From a virus: a DNA stretch of 64,000 nt. The stretch is from IMG/VR virus record IMGVR_UViG_3300028895_000881, positions 19,069 through 83,068 of that record; one strand, written 5' to 3'. Below are positions 57,129 to 64,000 of this stretch, one piece after another; positions within the stretch are counted from its first letter, which is position 1, and every line of letters starts with the position of its first letter. Below the pieces are notes generated by a model that had not been told where the DNA came from, did no database searches, and saw only the letters and a program-made list of their open reading frames with translations. The position numbers and the translations under genes were made by a program.

Positions 57129-58312
57129 CAGGTGATTCCTCCTGGCGGCGCAATGCCAGGAATGGTGCCGGTCCGACGATCAAGACCGAAGCCACCAAGA
57201 CCGAGCGAAAGGCCGTTGGTACCGGCAAGTGCCGCTGTGCCCGGAGCCGCGAAAACTGTGGAAACGACCACCGGCACGTTGGAAGCGTTCGCTGCGATGA
57301 TCTGCACCTCGAACACCGTCGGGTCGAACTCAGAGGGCAGCGTGTTGATCGCGATGACGTTGGCCAGACGCTGGCGAGCCGTGACCTCTTGGTAGCGACC
57401 GGCGAACTCTTGAAGTCGCTGGAAGACCGTCAGCGCGTTGATCACGTCCTCGTTGACGGAGGCCAAGCCCGTACCTGTCGCCTTGGTGCCGATGCGTGTG
57501 AGCAACGTGGTCCCATACTCGGGGTGAAAGGGGTTGGAGCCCTTGATCGTGCTCAGCACCTTGAGCACGTCCTGGTTCAACAGATCCTCGTTGACGACCG
57601 TGAAAGGAGTGCCGTCAGCAGAGATGAGGTAGTCGTTCTCGATACCGAATCCCTGGCAGCGCCGACAGTAGCGTTGGTACGTCGTGTAGGAGACCTTGAA
57701 GACCGGGTTGCCTTTTACCGGCTGCGTGAACTGAGGAAAACGAACCGTGACTCGACGGATGTTCGCCACACCAGGCGTGGTAGCGATCTCTGGACGCTCT
57801 GCGAACCGCCACGGCGGGTAAACCATCCGTCCTCGAGCTCGAGTCTGGTTCACAAAACCGAGTTGGGGAGCACCATCCCCAGTCACGATGACCTGCGAGC
57901 GCGTCCCCTGGTCACTTAAATCCGTCAGCCGCAAATAGCCGTTGAGATTCTGAGCGACGATGGTGACCTGCCCATTCCGGAACGCTGCGTTTAGAAGACC
58001 GACGACCCGGTCTGTCGTGATGCGGGCCCCAACCGGAAGCTCGTAGTTCTCGATCGACTGAGTGCGGTTCCGGATCGAGATCGTGTTCTCGTTCTGGATG
58101 ACGCGGAAAGGACCACTGACCGAACCGTAGAGCTGAGCTCGGCTATGGAGCCCATCTCTCGGCACCGAAAGCTGGTCGTTCGCAGTGATGCGGATGCTGT
58201 TCGAAGCAACAGGCTGCCGGGTGACCAACGACCTCCGGTCGTCGCCCAAAACCACTTCCTCCTCCACCGTGAGGTGGGGGCACGCATGGGCGATCTGGAA
58301 GTCGAAACTCAT
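57128..58312 (-). CDS. gp25/GPW-like baseplate (sheath initiator) protein with N-terminal extension
   Basis: LNQDVLKVLSTIKGSNPFHPEYGTTL matches the gp25-like motif; directly upstream of the J-like gene. Confidence 0.8.
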   Translation of the reverse strand: MSFDFQIAHACPHLTVEEEVVLGDDRRSLVTRQPVASNSIRITANDQLSVPRDGLHSRAQLYGSVSGPFRVIQNENTISIRNRTQSIENYELPVGARITTDRVVGLLNAAFRNGQVTIVAQNLNGYLRLTDLSDQGTRSQVIVTGDGAPQLGFVNQTRARGRMVYPPWRFAERPEIATTPGVANIRRVTVRFPQFTQPVKGNPVFKVSYTTYQRYCRRCQGFGIENDYLISADGTPFTVVNEDLLNQDVLKVLSTIKGSNPFHPEYGTTLLTRIGTKATGTGLASVNEDVINALTVFQRLQEFAGRYQEVTARQRLANVIAINTLPSEFDPTVFEVQIIAANASNVPVVVSTVFAAPGTAALAGTNGLSLGLGGFGLDRRTGTIPGIAPPGGIT

Positions 58313-58342
58313 GGCTCACTCAGGGAAGGGCTATAGGCAAAT

Positions 58343-59341
58343 TCACACGGCAAACGGGTCTGTACCGTCTGGATCCTCCAAAAGCGTGTCGTAGAAGGCG
58401 ATACCGCTCGGGTCCACCTGGCCGCTTTCGGCGTTGATGTCGTTGCTCGCTTCGGATAGTGAAGTTCCATCCGCACGGCGACCGAGGTTGATACGTGTAA
58501 AGTCAGGCTCGCCGTTCTCATCCGTTTCGTAAAAAGTCCTGTCCATCTGGTTCACGATGTCGGTCAGATGAAGGTTTCGAGCGAAACGGTTGGCGTCCGG
58601 AGGCACTGGATAGTCAGGCACCGAGCCGCCTACAGCTTGCTGGATCAGAGAGTCGCGCTCTTCCATGAGCTGCTCACGTAAGTCCATCAGCTTGACAATC
58701 TTCTCCTCGAGCTGAGTGAGCTCCGCAAGTTCTTGCCGTACCCACCGGCGAGCCCAGTCCATCTTGATCGCGACCTTCGCCCCCGCAGTAGCCTCTTCCA
58801 CGTACCGACCTGCGTTGCGCGTCAAGTCAGTCAGCTTGACGGACAGCCCGCCAGGGTACCGACCCCCCACGTCATACGAGTCCGCGCTCGTCACCGAAAT
58901 CACGCCACCGTAAGGCTGATCGAACGGGGTGGACTCGAACCCGGCTTGGGTGACGACCTCGTTGGGGTTGTCGTCGTCGTCATCCTGGGGATCTTCATCG
59001 GTCGTGAACTGCACCTCATCAGGCTGCAACCACAACGAGATCGACATCGGGTTGCCCCCTTGGGCGATATACGCCTGCACGAGCTTCTCGAGCGACGACC
59101 CCGGGGAAACGACGAACCGAGTGCGTTCCTCCGTCACCGTCGTGACCTCTCGCTCGGCACCGGTCTCGGTCTGCACCACGTCAGTCCGCGACCGATAAAA
59201 AACGGTGATGCGTCCGATACGGTTGAGCTCAGCGTTGATGACCTGCAAGCGACCCCGAACAGCACGCCGCTCGTTCAGCGTCCAGTCACGAAAAGCCTTC
59301 CATTGGCAGGCTCGCATGGTTCCGAGGAAGTTGAAGGGCAT
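58343..59341 (-). CDS. hypothetical protein with coiled-coil segment
   Basis: 332-aa ORF, TGATG-coupled. Confidence 0.7.
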   Translation of the reverse strand: MPFNFLGTMRACQWKAFRDWTLNERRAVRGRLQVINAELNRIGRITVFYRSRTDVVQTETGAEREVTTVTEERTRFVVSPGSSLEKLVQAYIAQGGNPMSISLWLQPDEVQFTTDEDPQDDDDDNPNEVVTQAGFESTPFDQPYGGVISVTSADSYDVGGRYPGGLSVKLTDLTRNAGRYVEEATAGAKVAIKMDWARRWVRQELAELTQLEEKIVKLMDLREQLMEERDSLIQQAVGGSVPDYPVPPDANRFARNLHLTDIVNQMDRTFYETDENGEPDFTRINLGRRADGTSLSEASNDINAESGQVDPSGIAFYDTLLEDPDGTDPFAV

Positions 59342-62028
59342 CAGGTGTCTCCACTGAAAAGGGCCCGGAAAATGTCGATGGCCAAATTGGGGATGCCGCC
59401 TGCAAACAGGACGATGCCTCCGCCGTACGCATCAGCTTCAGGGTTCTCGGGTTGGATAGGTTTGTTGGTCGAACCGACGAGGGCCGTCGTCACCCCATCG
59501 GTGCCGGGCGCGACGACCACGAGCCCCGCCGCCGGGGTGATGGAGAAGAAGAAACGGAGCAATCGTTGAATGAGCGCGTTGATACGATTGAGGAATGCTT
59601 GAAGCTCCCGGATTCGACTCTGAAGGAACTCGATGTAGCGACGGATGGTTTCCGCGATGCTCTCGATGGCTGCCTGAATGGAGCGCAGAAGCGCGAGGAT
59701 CTGGTCGAAGAAACGGTCGATCGAGGGAATGCCCTGCGGGAACACACGGAAGGCAATCCACCCACGCTCTTGGGGGCGCACCGCAGGACCGGCCGCAACT
59801 TGAAGCACGAACGCAGCACCCTCGTAGACACTGTCGGGCACAAGGTTGCGGAAGAAGTCTACGTTGTTGAGCCGGTTATTCGTCCGGTTGTAGACGACAG
59901 GAGCCTCATCAAACGAGCCCCGACCCGCGCCCGGGATCAACGACTCTTCAGGGGAGGCAAAGAAGAAATGAGGGTCTCGAGCGAGCACGGTCTCATTCCC
60001 CATCTCACCACGGATACGGTCGGCTGCTCGACCCCCAGGAACCCCAATCGAGTAGGGGTTCGGACCAATGCCCTTCTGGAGGTTGGTGTCTTGAAGGAGC
60101 TCGAGAGGCGTTCCCCCAGGAAGACCCTCGAAGAGCTGCGTGAGGTTGGGATCAACCGAAGTAAAGTAGTTCGTCTCTCCAAAGATGATCTGGAAGTTGA
60201 GCAAGTCCTCAGCACGCTCGACCGCAAGCTGACGAGCAGGAAGCGGAGGCAGGTTCTGAGTCAGCAGGCGGTTCGTGTAGTTGATGCAGTTGATGAACAG
60301 CTTCTTCCGGAACTTGGCCGGGTTCGAGTCTGCCTTCTCGAAGAACTTCTTGATTTGCCGACGACCAACAATCTGCGGCAACATGAACTGAGCAATCTGC
60401 TCAAGCTGCGTCGCCTTGTTGGCGCTGCCTTGGTAGGTGTCCCAGTACGGAGGCTTTGAACCATCTTTGAGAGGCCCACTCGGCGGGAACCCAACAGAGA
60501 CGTTTCCCTTACCGAGAAGCACAGGAATGTCCGCACGGCTCAAAGCCATGATGGCCAGAGCTTCGGCTACAGCCCGCAGGTAGAGCTGCGTGCTGGCATC
60601 TGGGAAGAGGATGCGCGTCACGTCCGAAGGTGGTCCCGCATCGTTGAAATCAATGAGGTTGTCCGGATCCGAGCCGGGAGCCACGTTGACCGTAGGGCCT
60701 TTACGATCTCGAAGCGTCTGTTGGTCGAGAACGAACTGGTAGTCCTCGGGTCCTCGAACCGAACGGTTGACGGCGCGGACCCGAACGAAGAACTGGTCGG
60801 GCTGCCGGTTGTCGTTCGTGCGCTTGACTCGTCCCCCACCAGACAAGCTCGTGTTGAGATCAAAGTCTGCCTGGAAAGGCATGTCTTCGAAGCGGAAAGA
60901 AGCGCCGTACCCCTTTCCGGGGAAGAACAGATTCTGGGCGAAGGGGACGAAGAAGGTTCGTTGCAGGAAGAATTTGTCGCCCTCCTGGAGAAGACCCAAA
61001 TCCACCGGAGACTGGTCACCGATACCCCGCACACCGTAAACACGCACGGCGTCAGATTTGAACTCCCCCCGGATGTCGACGGCATCGTTGAAGTTGATGC
61101 GTCCATTGATCTGGAGCTGCTGGATGCCGCCACGAATCGCCAACGGCTGACCGTCAGGATCGAGGAGCTCAACCACCTCGGTTTTCGCCGGCTGATTGTT
61201 CAGATCCATATCCTGGGCGGAGCCTTCGATAACACGCTCGGCCACGAGCTTAAGCGGCTGTTCGCGCGTTGAAAACTCGACCAAGAACCCGGCCGGCGGT
61301 GCAATCGGCACATCCGGGAAAGGAGCTCCTGGAATCGGAGCCATCTCCCACGTCAAGTTCACCGCGTTGTACGGGTTGTTGATGTTGTCGTCTGGACTCT
61401 CCTTGTTGAAGATCTCGCTACGGAAGAACCCTCGGTTGAAGGAGAAGATCGTGGCGCCGTCGTATCCATAGGTTGCCTGGATGTTCACGACCCGGTTCTG
61501 CATCCGAGGTAGCGGATACTGCCGGCTGAACAGAGCCAAGATCGACTTAATGAGTTGGATGATCCGGTTGATGCCACGGATGTCCGCCTGCACGAACAGG
61601 AAAACAGCGATACACGTGGAGAACTCACTGATGTCCGGGCGGTTGGGATCCTGCGTGTCTTGCAGGCGTCCAACCATTCGACCCTCATACTGCGGGTAGC
61701 CACCACGGAGCGCGGCGAAGTCCGGACCCTCGAGCGCGTAGAAATCACCGTGGATGTAGATGCCGAGCTGGCGAATGTCGTTGAGAAGCGCCTCAATCAG
61801 GTTCCGAATCGCTTCGATGAGAGCGATGAGAGGATCAAGTAGACCCGTGGCAAAAACTTTGAGGATCTCCAACACCGCGAGAAGGATGTTGAGGATCTGG
61901 ATGAGGAACGAGAAGAAGGCATCGATCGCCTGACGAACAGGCTCGAGGAAATCCGGGATAGTGAGCGAGATCGTCTGCCACTGACCGATTACGCCCTGTT
62001 GTTGCGGTCCCTGTTCTGGGTTCGACAT
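59341..62028 (-). CDS. hypothetical protein (895 aa) with long amphipathic helices at both ends
   Basis: Hydrophobic heptad-like tracts at the N- and C-termini; TGATG-coupled on both sides. Confidence 0.7.
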   Translation of the reverse strand: MSNPEQGPQQQGVIGQWQTISLTIPDFLEPVRQAIDAFFSFLIQILNILLAVLEILKVFATGLLDPLIALIEAIRNLIEALLNDIRQLGIYIHGDFYALEGPDFAALRGGYPQYEGRMVGRLQDTQDPNRPDISEFSTCIAVFLFVQADIRGINRIIQLIKSILALFSRQYPLPRMQNRVVNIQATYGYDGATIFSFNRGFFRSEIFNKESPDDNINNPYNAVNLTWEMAPIPGAPFPDVPIAPPAGFLVEFSTREQPLKLVAERVIEGSAQDMDLNNQPAKTEVVELLDPDGQPLAIRGGIQQLQINGRINFNDAVDIRGEFKSDAVRVYGVRGIGDQSPVDLGLLQEGDKFFLQRTFFVPFAQNLFFPGKGYGASFRFEDMPFQADFDLNTSLSGGGRVKRTNDNRQPDQFFVRVRAVNRSVRGPEDYQFVLDQQTLRDRKGPTVNVAPGSDPDNLIDFNDAGPPSDVTRILFPDASTQLYLRAVAEALAIMALSRADIPVLLGKGNVSVGFPPSGPLKDGSKPPYWDTYQGSANKATQLEQIAQFMLPQIVGRRQIKKFFEKADSNPAKFRKKLFINCINYTNRLLTQNLPPLPARQLAVERAEDLLNFQIIFGETNYFTSVDPNLTQLFEGLPGGTPLELLQDTNLQKGIGPNPYSIGVPGGRAADRIRGEMGNETVLARDPHFFFASPEESLIPGAGRGSFDEAPVVYNRTNNRLNNVDFFRNLVPDSVYEGAAFVLQVAAGPAVRPQERGWIAFRVFPQGIPSIDRFFDQILALLRSIQAAIESIAETIRRYIEFLQSRIRELQAFLNRINALIQRLLRFFFSITPAAGLVVVAPGTDGVTTALVGSTNKPIQPENPEADAYGGGIVLFAGGIPNLAIDIFRALFSGDT

Positions 62029-62327
62029 CAGGCACCTCCTCCCTTCTTGAGGCGCCGCAGCTTCACATTGAGCATGTCGATCTCGTTGAGATCACGGTCC
62101 ACCTGTGTCTGACAGATGTCGCGGATTTGCGTGAGCATCTCTGCGTAGAGTTTGAAGGTAGGGATTTGAGCCTTGTCCCCGTCCTTCACACGGCCGTAGT
62201 TGTCGGTCCACTCACCAGCTTCGATCCCCATGGCACGGAGACGCTCCTTAGCCTCCTCCACGGACATCTTGGAGAGGTCGAAGTCAAACGGCGACCGGTA
62301 CTTGTACTTTTCCTTGGGGTCAGCCAT
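62028..62327 (-). CDS. small hypothetical protein
   Basis: ATG 62327 overlaps the upstream TGA; GGAGG RBS. Confidence 0.7.
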   Translation of the reverse strand: MADPKEKYKYRSPFDFDLSKMSVEEAKERLRAMGIEAGEWTDNYGRVKDGDKAQIPTFKLYAEMLTQIRDICQTQVDRDLNEIDMLNVKLRRLKKGGGA

Positions 62328-64000
62328 CAACTACCTCCCGAGATGGAGTTGGTGATCGGGTTGATCGCTCCCCCCACCGCATCGGTGATCGAGGTGGTCA
62401 GGCGCTGGAGACGGCCTCGAGCACTGTCGAAGCGTTCCAACGCACGGAGGAACCGGTTGCGGGTCGGGATCGTCCCGTCTTCACGTTGAACTCGGAAATC
62501 GAGCCATGCGAACCGGAGCTGCCGGAGCTGATCATTGTCGTCCAGGATTTCGTCGATCCTGTCCGTCAAAACCGGACGACCATCACCCACATCAGCCGAG
62601 GGGTTGTTCGCGTTGCTTTCCAGAGTCGAGTAGCTCGGGATCCCCGCGCCCGAGCCCGGCGGGAACTCAGCGTCCAGACGGAAGTCGTTGACCCAGAAGC
62701 GCCGATCCAGCACTCCCAGCGAGTCCGTAGTGTTGGCGAACGGGCTGATGTTCACCAGACCTCGCACCCCGTCGATGAGCTCGTTACTCATGACCCCCTT
62801 ACCTTCATCGGGAATCAAGGGGTTACCGAGATCGGCGATGTGGTCGTCTCGCTGGAAGACGAAGTAATTCCCGAACTTATCTTCACGGAAGAAAAGGTCA
62901 AACTCTTCGAGGAAACTGAACGTACGCTCGCGCATGAGCAGAACGAGATCGATCGCCTCCGTCGAGAACAGGTTGTTTGGACGGATGATCTTGTAGGAGA
63001 AGGGCGCGATGCTGAACAGGTTCCCCGCGTAGGAGTTCGCGATCGATCCCGACTCACCCGCGAAAGCGGTGGGGCGAAGATCAAGCTGACCTTCCACACC
63101 CGGACCACCCGGGGGGTCTGCGAACGGGGCCGTCGAACCCGAGACTGTCGGAAGCACGGCGTACTCGGCATCGATGCCGAAGGTCACGTTGCCTCCTCCA
63201 GGGCTGGCGCTGAACTCCGTGTCGCTCTCGACGAGCACCGCGTCTCCGAGGATCTCAGTGATGCGATACCAGCCTCGGTTGTCATCGAACTCGGACGGAG
63301 CACCCGCGATGAAAGGCACCTCCTGGCCCGTCTGAGCCGTCGTGCGTCCGGGGACACTCCGGTCGCCAAAGGGACGGCTCGCCCGCTCCTGGCCCGTCGT
63401 GGGGATTCCTGTGGGGCCTGAAAGCAGACCCGACGAGTCGATCACCACGATGTCCCCAACTTCGATGCCGAGGTTGGCGAAGTTGAGGTCCGTATCCGTG
63501 TCTCGAAGCCGGCGTTGGTCGGTCGGGCTGCCTTCCACCGGAACCCAGCCCCCCGACTGTGCGGTGAAGTCCGCAGTGCGCTCGAAGACGACCCGGTCGG
63601 TGATCTGTGAGAAGAGCTGCGCGTTGCTCTGCTCATGAGGCACGGGTGGCTGGCTCAGGTAGATCTCGTACGGCTTGCCGGCTACATCAGCAGCACTCAG
63701 CACCGTGATGCCAGGCTCCTTGAGCCAGATCTGTGTGGCCGACTCGATGCCCGCAATCTCCACCTCTTCGAGCAGTGTGACCCCATCATCGTCGAACAGA
63801 CGGAACATGTCGCCCGGGTTGATGTTGACGAACTCGTCGTTGAAGGGACCCAAATTGGTCCCTGTGAACGAGGTCACCACGTAAGGGTAGTTGAACCCTT
63901 CAGAGCCCACCGGCGCCGCACCGAACACGTCCACGGTACCGCGACGGATTTGGTAGACGTAGCGCAGAGGCCCGAGGAGCTCGCCCACGTTCTGGAGCAC
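62327..64000 (-). CDS. large putative virion protein, 5' end outside the window
   Basis: Frame open to the window edge; composition like the other structural proteins. Confidence 0.7.
   Translation of the reverse strand: MLQNVGELLGPLRYVYQIRRGTVDVFGAAPVGSEGFNYPYVVTSFTGTNLGPFNDEFVNINPGDMFRLFDDDGVTLLEEVEIAGIESATQIWLKEPGITVLSAADVAGKPYEIYLSQPPVPHEQSNAQLFSQITDRVVFERTADFTAQSGGWVPVEGSPTDQRRLRDTDTDLNFANLGIEVGDIVVIDSSGLLSGPTGIPTTGQERASRPFGDRSVPGRTTAQTGQEVPFIAGAPSEFDDNRGWYRITEILGDAVLVESDTEFSASPGGGNVTFGIDAEYAVLPTVSGSTAPFADPPGGPGVEGQLDLRPTAFAGESGSIANSYAGNLFSIAPFSYKIIRPNNLFSTEAIDLVLLMRERTFSFLEEFDLFFREDKFGNYFVFQRDDHIADLGNPLIPDEGKGVMSNELIDGVRGLVNISPFANTTDSLGVLDRRFWVNDFRLDAEFPPGSGAGIPSYSTLESNANNPSADVGDGRPVLTDRIDEILDDNDQLRQLRFAWLDFRVQREDGTIPTRNRFLRALERFDSARGRLQRLTTSITDAVGGAINPITNSISGGS

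Noticed and set aside
52166-58312. Bacterial extracellular contractile injection system or tailocin rather than phage
   Set aside because: The baseplate genes are co-oriented and contiguous with a phage-type replication module, inteins and an HNH gene, with no cellular housekeeping context.
1-64000. CRISPR array, tRNA or rRNA genes
   Set aside because: No regularly spaced repeats or cloverleaf structures were seen, and intergenic gaps are almost all under 100 nt.
1-64000. Genome-wide stop-codon reassignment
   Set aside because: Conserved genes are full length under the standard code, and TGA, TAG and TAA all end genes at sensible, often coupled, positions.

Overview
This window is a 64 kb piece of a large, GC-rich tailed-phage (myovirus/jumbo-phage-like) genome. 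Every credible gene is on the minus strand, and most are tightly coupled by TGATG/ATGA/GTGA overlaps. The left part (1-25.9 kb) covers replication and accessory functions: family A DNA polymerase, SNF2 helicase and a DNA methyltransferase half (each with an intein), NAD-dependent ligase, DnaB-like helicase, a degenerate DnaC-like loader, a stand-alone primase CHC2 zinc finger, PspC, a YkgJ-like protein, a GroEL-like chaperonin, a peptidoglycan-binding protein and a holin-like membrane protein. The right part (26-64 kb) is a contractile-tail baseplate/fibre operon (gp25-like, baseplate J-like, two paralogous giant proteins, a tailspike-like protein) interrupted by a free-standing HNH endonuclease. 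The most unusual signal is an amino-methyltransferase broken into three genes: a catalytic DPPY half, a SAM-binding protein that looks like a duplication/permutation intermediate, and a second stand-alone copy of the variable module. Also notable: a PolA with a C4 zinc-ribbon insert and a DnaE-like C-terminal domain, a broken frame in a ~1800-aa structural gene, and two recurring upstream motifs. All family calls come from motifs recognised by eye; no database searches were run.
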